Shown here piece after piece: positions 37,301-46,689 of a stretch of DNA of 64,000 nucleotides (position 1 is its first letter; the number at the start of each line of letters is the position of its first letter). The DNA lies in contig PXCF01000139.1 in assembly GCA_003566715.1 (NCBI GenBank), positions 18,275-82,274 on the forward strand, written 5' to 3'. The position numbers were made by a program, and so were the translations under genes. Under the pieces are notes generated by a model that was not told the origin of the DNA, did no database searches, and saw only the letters and a list, made by a program, of their open reading frames with translations. The DNA comes from Cryomorphaceae bacterium. Lineage in GTDB: Bacteria > Bacteroidota > Bacteroidia > Flavobacteriales > Schleiferiaceae.

Positions 37301-37549
37301 TTTAAGGTCAAGACCCAAGTTGATCTCACGTTCTTTGACCTCACTGAATGTGTAATTGCGCAACCCTAGATTGTAAACTCTTTGATTGGCCATGGAGTCC
37401 AAATACGCATTTTCCTTTTCAACATCGCCATCGGCGTAAGCCTTTGCGGCCTTTTCAACGCGATACGTCACGAATGAAAATGACAACTGGAAAAGGCAGG
37501 CTAAGGCAAAAACAACGGCAAAGCCTCGGATTAACCCCTTATTTTGCAT
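34373..37549 (-). CDS. secDF: Protein translocase subunit SecDF (fused)
   Basis: 1058 aa with SecD and SecF transmembrane bundles (GIAGIILTIGIAVDANVLIYERV; SLNDTVVVFDRIRE) and a large periplasmic domain. Confidence 0.92.
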   Translation of the reverse strand: MQNKGLIRGFAVVFALACLFQLSFSFVTYRVEKAAKAYADGDVEKENAYLDSMANQRVYNLGLRNYTFSEVKEREINLGLDLKGGMNVILEVSVKDIIKELSNDKEEPLLIAAIEAADKNVGGSNELYVNVFFRELDRIIANEEEKINYASSRLFGTKMMNDRLGFNAQDARIKEELRGEVEAAVSNVYTVLRARIDQFGVVQPNIQKLENTGRILVELPGVKDPDRVKRLLQSTAQLEFWNLYEGVELIEFLGQANERLRTLVERPEGEDRDADISDVLGDLDIEPMSDDEIDQLDIEAADNIDEGDESTDELDAILDEQTQEDDFESLLSDEGDTTDIDEEQLFNPLFDVFAPNYDFQENRPGRGPIVGYTRVQDTAKVNEYLRMPQVRALLPASMRYVRFAWSAKPEGPDQLVYLLALKGNRDMTPALDGDVVVDARQDFDERNRPIVNMRMNAVGSQKWQKITREASSQEPKRSVAVVLDNLVYSFPTVQSEISGGSTQISGNFTILEAQDLANILKAGKLPAPARIVQADVVGPSLGQAAIRAGLFSFVLALIIVLMYMIFYYNVAGVASNVALVVNMFFIFGVLASLGAVLTLPGIAGIILTIGIAVDANVLIYERVREEIRAGKGLKLAVEHGYKQAMSSILDANITTLLTGIILYVFGTGPIRGFATTLIIGIFTSLFSAIFITRLILESRLAKKQSVKFGSKLTMNAFSNLSFDFVGKRNKSYLISGIIIVIGIVSLFVKGLDYGVDFVGGRSFQVRFEEPVNTVDIQSELGNVFVDEGGTPQPPIVKTIGDANQVIITTKYRIDESGIEVEDAIRQKLFEGLQPFIAEGTEYSSFMNPNNADYGVVAERQVGPTIAADIKQAAIWAILFSIVVIFLYILLRFRGWQFSLGAVSAATHDVLVVLALFSIFYGILPFSLEIDQSFIAAILTVIGYSLNDTVVVFDRIREYFATHSKRKPIKEVVNEAVNSTISRTINTSATTFFVLLIIFIFGGEVIRGFMFALMVGVVVGTYSSVFIATPIMVDTYTEKARLREIERKNKPIAEGSNTP

Positions 37550-37588
37550 ACTGTAATTGTTTGTTAACTAATTTTTTTAAACGGACGG

Positions 37589-37596
37589 CAAATATA
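37589..37596 (-). promoter_or_regulatory. Candidate -7 box (TAnnTTTG) for secDF
   Basis: Minus-strand TATATTTG lies 40 nt upstream of the ATG at 37549. Confidence 0.35.
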
Positions 37597-37768
37597 TAAT
37601 ATTGATAAGGATAAATGAGGCATGGATTATAATTTGTCGCTTTTTTTTTGATTCATGAACTTGAATCACCCAAAAAAGCATAAATCACAATTGCCAGCTA
37701 CGGTTAATTAAGGTCAAAAAAAGATACATTTGTAACAAAAATCACGATTAAAAACGATCGTTATATTG

Positions 37769-37776
37769 TATATTTG
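37769..37776 (+). promoter_or_regulatory. Candidate -7 box (TAnnTTTG) for the FG-GAP/T9SS gene
   Basis: TATATTTG lies 20 nt upstream of the ATG at 37797. Confidence 0.35.
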
Positions 37777-37796
37777 TTAGCTGAAATCACTTTGAT

Positions 37797-40637
37797 ATGA
37801 AACGCGTTTATACCTTATTTATCATTTTTATAGCATCTATTCTTTCTTCTCATGCGCAAACACCGCAAATGAGATTAGACTTTGCATTTGTCGATACCGT
37901 CCCGGTTATTGTTGATGGCGACACCCTTTCTTTGGCATGGGCAGGAGGAATTGACCAGTTTCAAATGGTGGAAATGGATCTAAATCTCAATGGTATCATG
38001 GATATTTTAGGATTTGACAGAAGTGGAAACCGCTATGTACCATTGATAAAAGAAGGTGATTCTGGTAATTTTTATTACAGATACGATCACGATGTTATCA
38101 AGTATCTCCCACCGGCAGCCAACTATATTCAAACGGCAGATTATAACTGTGATGGTAAGTTAGACATCATGACCGTAGGTGAGCTGGGTAGTACCTCTGT
38201 AATGATTTACACCAATGTGTCTACCGCTACAGAACTGCGGTTTGAAAAAGCAGTGTCTGGGCCCTTCATCACTTACAGAACCAATACCGGAAGGGACGTA
38301 AGTATTCATATAAATGGATCAGATGTTCCGGTTTTTAAAGATGTCAATAAAGACGGCAGCATTGATATATTAGCCTTTAACATGCTGGGGGTCATCGTTA
38401 CCGAGTTTCGCAATACACAGCCTTGTGGATTGGATTTTGAAATTGCCGATATTTGCTACGGTAAGTTTATGGAGTCGATTACCGGGAACAGATTGGACCT
38501 TCTCTCTTGTAACTATTCCGGAAACCGCATTGATGATTACTACGATAGTTTGTCCTTAGGGCTTATTAATACCCAAAAACCTGAAGCCGTTCAACACGCT
38601 GAATCAGCTCTTTTATCTCTTGATCTGTCTGGCAATGGACTTTACGACATGATTCTCGGAGACAGTGAGTTTCCCGGAGCGATTGCAGCATTCAATACGG
38701 GTTCATTAGACACGGCCATAATGACTTCTATGGATACAATTTTTCCTTCTTATGATGTGCCCATTCATATGCCTAATTTTCCGGCCATGTTTTATTTAGA
38801 CGTCGATCACGATGGTGTAAAAGACCTCATTGTAACCTCTAACAGCATTATTTACGGTAGTTCAGATACGAGTGTACATTTTTACAAAAATATTGGGTTG
38901 GATTCCCTTCCCGATTTCCGTTTACAAAACAGACGTTTTCTTCAAGAAGATATGATTGAAGTAAGCACCGGAGCGTTTCCTGTGCTGGCTGATTTTACCG
39001 GTAATGGTTTGCCGGACTTGCTGATTGGTACCATCGGTTTTAGAGAGGATACCATGTTTAATTGGAATGGTCGTTTGTATTTATACCAAAACACAGGAAC
39101 AGCAACCCAACCCGAATTTCAATTGCTCGATACCGACTTTGGTAATATGGCGCAGCATAAAATATCTTATTTGTACCCGACAGTATACGATATAGATAAC
39201 GACGGTGATTTAGATATTGTACTTGGCCAAATGGACGGCAGTTTAATTTTGTTAGAAAATACGGGCGGTGCAACCAACCCACAGTTTGCCGCACCGGTAT
39301 TTAATTATTTAGGCGTGAGTGTTCCCAATATTTCTGCTCCGGTACTCTTTGACGTTACCGGAGATTCGCTACCTGAGTTGTTTATTGGCGATCAAGAAGG
39401 ACATATTCACTATTTTGAAAATACAGGTACCATTGGCAATCCTTCATTTCAGTTGGTAACCAATCAGTTTTCCGGTATCAGTACAAAACGCTCCATTGAT
39501 GCGGAAGGCAACGCCATGCCTTCGTTTTATCGTTATCCGACGGGTGAGCTCATGTTCTTGGTAGGTAGCTACGGTCAGGGCGTCCTTGCTTTTGACAGCA
39601 TACAAGCTGTACTGGGTTTGCCACAAAATACCAGCGTGCAAATGGGGTTCGATACCATAGAGTTAAATACGCCGGAGTTGAGCTTACTTGGCTCTACAAG
39701 ACGAAATGGCAGAAACCAATTCATTATCAAAAAGGAAGAGTTGCAAGCTCAAAATATCTATTCCGGCAGAATGACATCTTTGAGTTTTGAGGTAACATCT
39801 ACCGGAAACCCAAATCTTACACAGGGCTTTAGAATAAGAATGAGTAATGTGCAAAACCCAAGTTTTGCCAATGGTTTTTTGCCATCCGGGCAAGAGGTGT
39901 TTAGTGGTGTGTGGACCCTTAGCAGAGGTTGGAATGAAATACCTTTCAATGCCGGTGCGTTTGGATGGGACGGAGAAAGTGATATTTTGGTTGAAGTGTG
40001 TTTTCAAAGGAACAGCAATATCTTTTCAAATATTGACATGAACGGCACCATGCAAGCCGATTACCTTCATGCCTACGGATTAAATACCAACCAGAGTGGA
40101 AACAACACTTTACTACAAAATGGTTGCGAATTGCCATTTGCCGATTCTACCAAGGTAAGGCCAAATGTGCGATTTAATGTTGTGCCCTCCGTATTGGAAA
40201 GCAATCAGTTTTTAAAGAGTGGATGGCGCAACTCTGTGGCCATGTACGACTTTGATGGTGATTCTCTACCGGAAGCCATTTTGGGTAACGTATCTGGAGG
40301 TCTACACTTTTTCAAGGGTGTAATGGTAGAAGTTGAAGAAGATACCATGCCTACGAATACCGTTTACAATTTTGTTCAGCGCATTCAGCAAATTAAGCTT
40401 TACCCCAACCCCGCAGATCGGTATTTTGAAATTTCCTTTTCCGGCGAAACCGGTGTGACGTTAGGACGTGTAGAAATGTACGATTTAAATGGAAGGGTTC
40501 TCAGATCCTGGAACGATGTGGAAGATCGCAGTCGCCTGGAATTACCCGGGGTGTCAGATGGTGTCTATATTGTGAGAACACTTCTTCCCGACGGAAGGAC
40601 GTGGGAAAGTCATCGCTTGATGATTATTAAACAGTAA
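37797..40637 (+). CDS. FG-GAP/VCBS-repeat protein with a T9SS type A C-terminal sorting domain
   Basis: Repeated D-x-[DN]-x-D-G-x-x-D motifs (DYNCDGKLDIM, DVNKDGSIDIL, DVDHDGVKDLI, DIDNDGDLDIV, DFDGDSLPE). The C-terminus is KLYPNPADRYFEISF...GVYIVRT. Confidence 0.8.
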   Translation: MKRVYTLFIIFIASILSSHAQTPQMRLDFAFVDTVPVIVDGDTLSLAWAGGIDQFQMVEMDLNLNGIMDILGFDRSGNRYVPLIKEGDSGNFYYRYDHDVIKYLPPAANYIQTADYNCDGKLDIMTVGELGSTSVMIYTNVSTATELRFEKAVSGPFITYRTNTGRDVSIHINGSDVPVFKDVNKDGSIDILAFNMLGVIVTEFRNTQPCGLDFEIADICYGKFMESITGNRLDLLSCNYSGNRIDDYYDSLSLGLINTQKPEAVQHAESALLSLDLSGNGLYDMILGDSEFPGAIAAFNTGSLDTAIMTSMDTIFPSYDVPIHMPNFPAMFYLDVDHDGVKDLIVTSNSIIYGSSDTSVHFYKNIGLDSLPDFRLQNRRFLQEDMIEVSTGAFPVLADFTGNGLPDLLIGTIGFREDTMFNWNGRLYLYQNTGTATQPEFQLLDTDFGNMAQHKISYLYPTVYDIDNDGDLDIVLGQMDGSLILLENTGGATNPQFAAPVFNYLGVSVPNISAPVLFDVTGDSLPELFIGDQEGHIHYFENTGTIGNPSFQLVTNQFSGISTKRSIDAEGNAMPSFYRYPTGELMFLVGSYGQGVLAFDSIQAVLGLPQNTSVQMGFDTIELNTPELSLLGSTRRNGRNQFIIKKEELQAQNIYSGRMTSLSFEVTSTGNPNLTQGFRIRMSNVQNPSFANGFLPSGQEVFSGVWTLSRGWNEIPFNAGAFGWDGESDILVEVCFQRNSNIFSNIDMNGTMQADYLHAYGLNTNQSGNNTLLQNGCELPFADSTKVRPNVRFNVVPSVLESNQFLKSGWRNSVAMYDFDGDSLPEAILGNVSGGLHFFKGVMVEVEEDTMPTNTVYNFVQRIQQIKLYPNPADRYFEISFSGETGVTLGRVEMYDLNGRVLRSWNDVEDRSRLELPGVSDGVYIVRTLLPDGRTWESHRLMIIKQ

Positions 40638-40771
40638 TTTTATATTGTTGAGCAAACCTTCATAATCAACGGGGTGTTTTTATCAAGTGTACAATGAGTG
40701 TTTTACTGTTTTACACATGAGGTGTATGTATAACGATATTAATCTAGTTCTCCGTGACCGATCAGCATACC

Positions 40772-41173
40772 ATGGATGATTTGAAAAACAAAAACATCGT
40801 CTTTTATGATGGCTCCTGCGGTTTGTGTCATGGCTCAGTACAATGGTTGCTGAAGGTCGATAAAAACAGAGCGCTTTATTATGCCACCCAACAGGGAGAT
40901 TACTTTTCGTCCCTTACAGAGCGACCACTCAATCTCGACGCGATCATTTATTACCGAAAAGGTATGGTCTATGAAGCCGCAGAGGCTTTGGCTATGATTT
41001 GCTTGGATTTGGGGGGGAGGTGGCGTTTTTTTTACGGCCTATGGAAAGTGCTGCCGGGTGCGTTAAGTCGTTATCTATATTACGTCATTGCCAAGCGACG
41101 CTACGGTATTTTTGGTAAAGCAACCTCTTGTAAATTGCCGTCGATTGAAGAAAGGGCACGCATGCTCTCCTAA
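40772..41173 (+). CDS. Thiol-disulfide oxidoreductase DCC family (DUF393) protein
   Basis: The FYDGSCGLCHGSVQW motif. Confidence 0.8.
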   Translation: MDDLKNKNIVFYDGSCGLCHGSVQWLLKVDKNRALYYATQQGDYFSSLTERPLNLDAIIYYRKGMVYEAAEALAMICLDLGGRWRFFYGLWKVLPGALSRYLYYVIAKRRYGIFGKATSCKLPSIEERARMLS

Positions 41174-41182
41174 GGATAGCTT

Positions 41183-42424
41183 CTATTTTTTATCCGATGT
41201 CAGTTCAAAGTGTCGACTGTGCTCGATCCAAACCCCCAATCCGTAAGCATCGTCTCTTAATGGTACACATCGTTTGAGGACCGCCGAACGGCGCTTCAGA
41301 CTTTCTTTGGTTGTAGAGTACAAATAACCTTTTAGTTTAAAGTCCTCCCACACAAAAAACAGCTTTTCTCCAACCTTTCGCCCGGGTTTCATTTCCAATA
41401 AAAAATCCGTACCAAGTACCGTCTTCCTCATGTGTAAGTCACCGGCTTTTTCGCCTGATTGCAGTTTGCTATTGAGTTGTTTTACCAGTCTTCCGGCCAA
41501 AAAAGAGGAAGACAATGCCAGAATAGGATTATCACTCTGCTTACTTTTTATATACACCCCATCTTTTACATCGATAAGAAAACGGTGTTGGGGCACAGGT
41601 GCATCGCTGTTAAACAGGGGGGTTAAACGACGAAATTCAGAATATATCTTCCAATTGGCCAACCATTTATTGGCGTGTTTTTCACTTTCTGATTCAGAAG
41701 CCGCCATTTGGAATTGTTTGTCTACTGGCGCATCTGATAAAAACATGCGGGTGATGTTTTGTTTGGCCTGGTGTAAAGGACACAAATAAATACAAGAGCC
41801 GTGTTTGTCAAATACATAATAAACGCCGTGTTGGGTGGTAACATTCCTAAGTAAGTGGCGAAGTTTCTCGCCGCGAGTTTCACCCTGCTTGCCCGTGTAC
41901 ATACTCCGGATACCAAACAATTGTTTTTTTTCGTCCTTTTGTATGAGGATTTCAAAAAGTTCTAACGTTGCGCGGGCGTCACCATCCGCGCGGTGGGTGT
42001 CGCTGTTGACAATGTTCAGTTCTTTGCAAAGTTTGGAAAGACCATAGGCGGGTAATCCGGGAATCAGTCCCTCAGCTAAAAACAACGTATCTAACGTTTC
42101 TTTTTGAAAAACATATCCCAAGGAGTCAAATTCTTGCCGCAGCATTCGGTAGTCGAAAGCGATGTTGTGGCCAACCAGCACAGCTTTGTCGGTAATTTCT
42201 ACTACCCGCTTGGCAATTTCGTGAAATCTGGGCGCTCGGCGAACCATGTTTTCACTTATACCTGTCATTTTACTGACGTAGCGGTCTATTCGGCGTTGGG
42301 GATTTACGAGCGTAATAAGTTGGTCAACAACCTTTTCGCCGTCGTATAGGAAAATGGCAAGTTCAATGATTTTCTCTTCTCCAACTTGCCCTCCACTGGT
42401 TTCTGTGTCAATTACTGCAAACAT
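41183..42424 (-). CDS. DEDDh 3'-5' exonuclease (DnaQ/epsilon-like) fused to a degenerate GIY-YIG-like C-terminal region
   Basis: Exo motifs are VIDTETSG, GHNIAFDYRML and HRADGDA. Downstream, HGVYYVFDKHGSCIYL resembles a GIY-(x)n-YIG motif. Confidence 0.7.
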   Translation of the reverse strand: MFAVIDTETSGGQVGEEKIIELAIFLYDGEKVVDQLITLVNPQRRIDRYVSKMTGISENMVRRAPRFHEIAKRVVEITDKAVLVGHNIAFDYRMLRQEFDSLGYVFQKETLDTLFLAEGLIPGLPAYGLSKLCKELNIVNSDTHRADGDARATLELFEILIQKDEKKQLFGIRSMYTGKQGETRGEKLRHLLRNVTTQHGVYYVFDKHGSCIYLCPLHQAKQNITRMFLSDAPVDKQFQMAASESESEKHANKWLANWKIYSEFRRLTPLFNSDAPVPQHRFLIDVKDGVYIKSKQSDNPILALSSSFLAGRLVKQLNSKLQSGEKAGDLHMRKTVLGTDFLLEMKPGRKVGEKLFFVWEDFKLKGYLYSTTKESLKRRSAVLKRCVPLRDDAYGLGVWIEHSRHFELTSDKK

Positions 42425-42473
42425 TGCGGCAAAAATAGGTTGTAAAAAAGTGGTGACGTTTCTTTGTGGTGAT

Positions 42474-42481
42474 TAAATTTG
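42474..42481 (+). promoter_or_regulatory. Candidate -7 box (TAnnTTTG) for the DUF5686 gene
   Basis: TAAATTTG lies 47 nt upstream of the TTG start at 42528. Confidence 0.25.
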
Positions 42482-42527
42482 GCCTTTACTCGACAAAGCG
42501 TCGCCATTACCACAGAAAATAACAGAA

Positions 42528-45011
42528 TTGGTGCAACCATATTTACGCTGCTTTTTCTTTGTGTTTCAATTATTGCCGTTGCTTTTGGTGGGGAGCATGC
42601 ATGGTTCCTACTTGTTTTTTTACGATGTCAATACCAATAAGCCGGTACAAGGGGTGTTGCTTTTAAATGACCATTCCCACTCGTTTTCCAATGTTTCCAA
42701 TATAGAAGGATTGATTAAAGCAGATCATTTAACCGATGATTTTTCCGCCTTGAATATTTTTCACCCAAAATTTGATGTGGACACCATCTTTTCTTCGTCA
42801 TCAGATACCATTGTTGTCGCTCTACGTCCACGAAAACTGGTGTATACAGGCACCATGAATTTGCAGCCATACAATAATTTGGTACAAAGTAGGGCAGGCA
42901 TGGACGCTGCTTTTCAGCATTTTTATACCGAAGCTTTTCGAAAGACATTTACCCGCATAGACAGAACAACCAGAGAAATCCCTTATGTTTCGGGTAGATT
43001 TTTCCCGGGGAAACAAGATACGGGCATTGTTTTTCTCTCAAAGATACACTCTGCAATTACCAGAATAGCTGGAGAGTTGTCTAATGAAGAGGTCATCAAT
43101 AAAAGAGACTTTGGATTGATTAGAAATATTGCTTGGAGAGAATCTGCCGACTACATTTTTAACCCCTTCCAGCGATATAGCCATTTTAAAGAATTATCTT
43201 ATCGAGGCTACTTGACACCGTTGGACGAGGATTATGCAAGTGAATATTACGTTGACCATCTTGGATACTATAGCAACAGCGATTGTCATTTATACAAGGT
43301 GCGCCCAAAAAATCCTTATGAGCCGCTTTTTTATGGGTATATTATCATTGATGCATCAACCAATAATTTGGTGTACATCGATTGGAAACTCGACGCGCGC
43401 CAACAAATTGAATTGGTTGATTCCGTTAGAATTGTTCAGTTTCACCACCCCACGGACTCACTTATGCGACCAGTGTATACGTCACACTCCTTTTTCTTTG
43501 ACATATTTAGCAATTCCGGGGAGTATAGGAGTGAAATCGTCTATGCCGATTTTAACTTTTTGGAAGGTCAACCACCATACAGTCCGGTGGTGCTAAATCA
43601 AAACCAAGTAGACCAACTACCGGAATTGACATTGCCTTTTCACCTCACCTCAAAGGAGCGTCGAGTCATGGAGGATGACCACCTGTACAACAAGCGATGG
43701 GAATCCGGACAGATAGCCGATAGTTTGCAGCAATATTATTCTGATAGGCCATTTCAAACATTGTTTATTAAGGGTATGAACTTGCCATTTTACCAAAACA
43801 AACACTACGTACGTGTTTACCCCCTGTGGTTTGGTACGGGATACAATGTTATAGAAGGATTTTATACGAGGTTTATTCACGAGTCAAATTTTGATTTTGA
43901 AGATGAAACATTTAAAAACACCTTAGACCTTCGCTTGGGCTACGGTGATGTTCGATTAAAATTCCGCAACGTTACCGAATGGGACTTTAACCTCAAGCGT
44001 CCGGGTAAGTTGGCACTTGATTTTGGTAATTACGTGTTTCAGTTCAACGAAGCCGAACCCATTCTTCCGGTCATTAACACATTCTACAGTCTGTTTTTAG
44101 GCAAAAACTTTCTGCGTCTTTACAATAAAGAATATGCAAGGCTGCGGTATAAGCAAGAGATTGTAAATGGGTTAACCATCAATGCCCATATTGATTACGG
44201 CCGAAGGTCGCCGTTGTTTAATTTAGAAGACCCCATCAATTTATCGGGCGCATCGTGGAATTTCTTGACGTCTGAACAAGATTTTTTCAATAACAACAAT
44301 ATGGGGTCAGACAGATCGGATGTGATAAGCAGTGACGGTTTTGATCCCCATCGGGGGTTGATTCTAGACGTGGATGTTGTATATCAGTTTCGTCAGCGTT
44401 ATAAAATGATCAACGGCAGGAAAGTCAACGTGGATTCAGACTACCCCAAGATTTACATGCAGTATAAAATAGGACTACCCTGGGCTGGTGCCATTACCGA
44501 TTATGACTATTTGGCGGGGGGAGTTGGTTCGACCACTCGCTTTAGAAACGCCGGAACCACCCGTTTTGATATCAGCGGGGGAGGTTTTTTGAATAGCAGC
44601 AATGTTCCTTTTGTTGACTTTAAGCATTTTAATGGTTTGCAGACCATCTTCTTACAGCGTGTGCAAGACCGTTTCTCGGATATAAAACAGTTTAGAACCA
44701 TGCGGTATTATGACTTTAGTACGGATCAATTTTTCTTAGAGGCTCATTTGGAGCATAACTTTGGTGGTTATGTTATGTCTAAAATTCCCTATGTCAACCG
44801 GGCAAACTTGCACCTCGTTACGGGATTCAACTACTTGTCTAGCGAGTGGGACGCCCATTTCTTTGAAATGTTTTTTGGTTTTGACAACATATTTAAGGTA
44901 GCGAAAATTGAATTTTCTAATGGATGGGACGACTTTCGCGTTTTTAGATTTACGGTAAGAGTGGGCGTGAATTTTGATTATAATTTTTATCGCAATAACA
45001 AACGCAGATAA
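42528..45011 (+). CDS. DUF5686 / carboxypeptidase-regulatory-like domain outer-membrane protein
   Basis: About 827 aa with a signal-like N-terminus, a CarboxypepD_reg-like beta domain (YDVNTNKPVQGVLLL), and an aromatic-rich beta-barrel-like C-terminus. The start codon is TTG. Confidence 0.5.
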   Translation: MVQPYLRCFFFVFQLLPLLLVGSMHGSYLFFYDVNTNKPVQGVLLLNDHSHSFSNVSNIEGLIKADHLTDDFSALNIFHPKFDVDTIFSSSSDTIVVALRPRKLVYTGTMNLQPYNNLVQSRAGMDAAFQHFYTEAFRKTFTRIDRTTREIPYVSGRFFPGKQDTGIVFLSKIHSAITRIAGELSNEEVINKRDFGLIRNIAWRESADYIFNPFQRYSHFKELSYRGYLTPLDEDYASEYYVDHLGYYSNSDCHLYKVRPKNPYEPLFYGYIIIDASTNNLVYIDWKLDARQQIELVDSVRIVQFHHPTDSLMRPVYTSHSFFFDIFSNSGEYRSEIVYADFNFLEGQPPYSPVVLNQNQVDQLPELTLPFHLTSKERRVMEDDHLYNKRWESGQIADSLQQYYSDRPFQTLFIKGMNLPFYQNKHYVRVYPLWFGTGYNVIEGFYTRFIHESNFDFEDETFKNTLDLRLGYGDVRLKFRNVTEWDFNLKRPGKLALDFGNYVFQFNEAEPILPVINTFYSLFLGKNFLRLYNKEYARLRYKQEIVNGLTINAHIDYGRRSPLFNLEDPINLSGASWNFLTSEQDFFNNNNMGSDRSDVISSDGFDPHRGLILDVDVVYQFRQRYKMINGRKVNVDSDYPKIYMQYKIGLPWAGAITDYDYLAGGVGSTTRFRNAGTTRFDISGGGFLNSSNVPFVDFKHFNGLQTIFLQRVQDRFSDIKQFRTMRYYDFSTDQFFLEAHLEHNFGGYVMSKIPYVNRANLHLVTGFNYLSSEWDAHFFEMFFGFDNIFKVAKIEFSNGWDDFRVFRFTVRVGVNFDYNFYRNNKRR

Positions 45012-45019
45012 TTTTTTAT

Positions 45020-46684
45020 ATGAATGCTGAATTTGATGTTTGGTTACTGATTGCAGGATTAGGAATTTTCCTTTTTGGGATGGGGCAATTGGAACATGGA
45101 CTAACTGAGCTTGGTGGTGCTTCATTTAGAAAAATGATGCGTCGTTTTACCAAAAAGAGCTTCCATGGCGTGCTTACGGGGATTGTGATGACCGCTATTT
45201 TGCAGAGCAGCTCATTGGTGTCTCTTATGGTATTGGCTTTTTTAGGAGCAAAAATTATTCGTCTAAAAAATGCATTGGGCGTTATTTTGGGTGCACATAT
45301 CGGAACCGTTGTTACGGCTTGGTTGGTGGCAACCCTGGGTTTTTCTTTACCAATAAAAGCGTTTGCTTTTCCTTTTATTGGTCTGGGTAGCTTGGCATAC
45401 TTATTCGTGAGCACCCGCCCTTTTTTAAAGAATCTGGGCCTGTTTTTGCTTGGCTTTGGATTGTTGTTTTTGGGGCTGGATTTTATGAAGGAGGCCATTG
45501 AAGGCGTTGCAGAAAGTGTTTCTATGGAGCAGTTTGCCGATTACGGACGTTGGGTTTTCTTGCTGGTAGGAATCGTGGTTACGGCTTTAATACAATCCAG
45601 CTCTGCTATGATTGTTATCGTGTTGAGTAGCTTAAACGCCGGTGTCATCGACCTTACCCAAGGCGCTGTTTTGGTGATCGGTTCAAATATTGGGACTACC
45701 ATAACCGTAGGTATTGGTGCCTTGAAGGGGGTGGCAGATAAAAAGCGTTTGGCTTTAGCACATGTCATCATCAATGTTGTTGCCGGGCTTCTATTTTTTA
45801 TTTTAGTCGATTATGTAGTAAGAGGTGTTTTAGCTACGGGGGCATTCACTGATCCTTTATTGCAACTGGTGCTCATTAGCACGGTTATGAAAGTGGGAGG
45901 GGTTCTTTTGTTTTTTCCACTTTTGGCGCCATTTGAACGTTGGTTGTTACAGAGGTTTAAGAACTCAGAGGCCGTGGGTGCAACCGTTTACGTGAAAAAT
46001 GTTCCGCCGGATGTGCCGGAAATTGCCATTCAAGCAACGGAAAAAGAGCTTATACTTACCATAGAGCGGTGTGTTGCTTTTATAGAGAACGCTTTGAGTA
46101 TGACAACTACTAAAACCATGGCATTGCCATATTTGCGGTTTTTACAAACGGTTGAGTCCACAGACGCTGCTTATCAGCATTTAAAAAATATTGAAGATGA
46201 GCTCACCGATTTCAGCTTGCGAATCCAAGAGCGTTCACTAAGCGAGCATGAGGTGGAGCAACTCGACCGGTTAATGCAGTCCATTCGCTCGTTGATCTAT
46301 GCAGCAAAGGAGATTCGCGACATAACACATAATGTAAAGGACATCAAACAGTCTCAAGATAAAAGTGCAAAAGAGATTCTCGAACAGCTACTAGAAACAA
46401 TGAAGCACCTTTTTCTTGATATACGCGAAGCGCTTAAAGATGGACACATTGAAGGCATTGCGTTTTATGCCTACAAGGAAAAGTATCTTCGTGCGTATCC
46501 AGACAGTATAGCGGATTTGTATCGCAAGGTGAAAGATCAACCTTTGCGGGATATATCAATCAGTAGCATGACCAACGTTATTCGCAAAGTCTTTAGCTCT
46601 ATGCAATATCTATCTGAAGCCATTGATCAATTATCAATGGCTAAAGAGACTGTGTTTCCAGAAGTAGATATGAGTCGCGATTGA
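45020..46684 (+). CDS. Na+/phosphate cotransporter family protein with a PhoU-like C-terminal domain
   Basis: Duplicated Na_Pi_cotrans motifs (TAILQSSSLVSLMV; TALIQSSSAMIVIV) and a helical C-terminal domain. Confidence 0.85.
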   Translation: MNAEFDVWLLIAGLGIFLFGMGQLEHGLTELGGASFRKMMRRFTKKSFHGVLTGIVMTAILQSSSLVSLMVLAFLGAKIIRLKNALGVILGAHIGTVVTAWLVATLGFSLPIKAFAFPFIGLGSLAYLFVSTRPFLKNLGLFLLGFGLLFLGLDFMKEAIEGVAESVSMEQFADYGRWVFLLVGIVVTALIQSSSAMIVIVLSSLNAGVIDLTQGAVLVIGSNIGTTITVGIGALKGVADKKRLALAHVIINVVAGLLFFILVDYVVRGVLATGAFTDPLLQLVLISTVMKVGGVLLFFPLLAPFERWLLQRFKNSEAVGATVYVKNVPPDVPEIAIQATEKELILTIERCVAFIENALSMTTTKTMALPYLRFLQTVESTDAAYQHLKNIEDELTDFSLRIQERSLSEHEVEQLDRLMQSIRSLIYAAKEIRDITHNVKDIKQSQDKSAKEILEQLLETMKHLFLDIREALKDGHIEGIAFYAYKEKYLRAYPDSIADLYRKVKDQPLRDISISSMTNVIRKVFSSMQYLSEAIDQLSMAKETVFPEVDMSRD

Positions 46685-46689
46685 ACAGC

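Noticed and set aside
44736-45498. Minus-strand ORFs (129 aa and 160 aa) spanning the junction between the DUF5686 and Na/Pi genes.
   Set aside because: They are antisense to two well-supported plus-strand genes, and their Lys/Pro/Phe-rich composition is typical of antisense frames.
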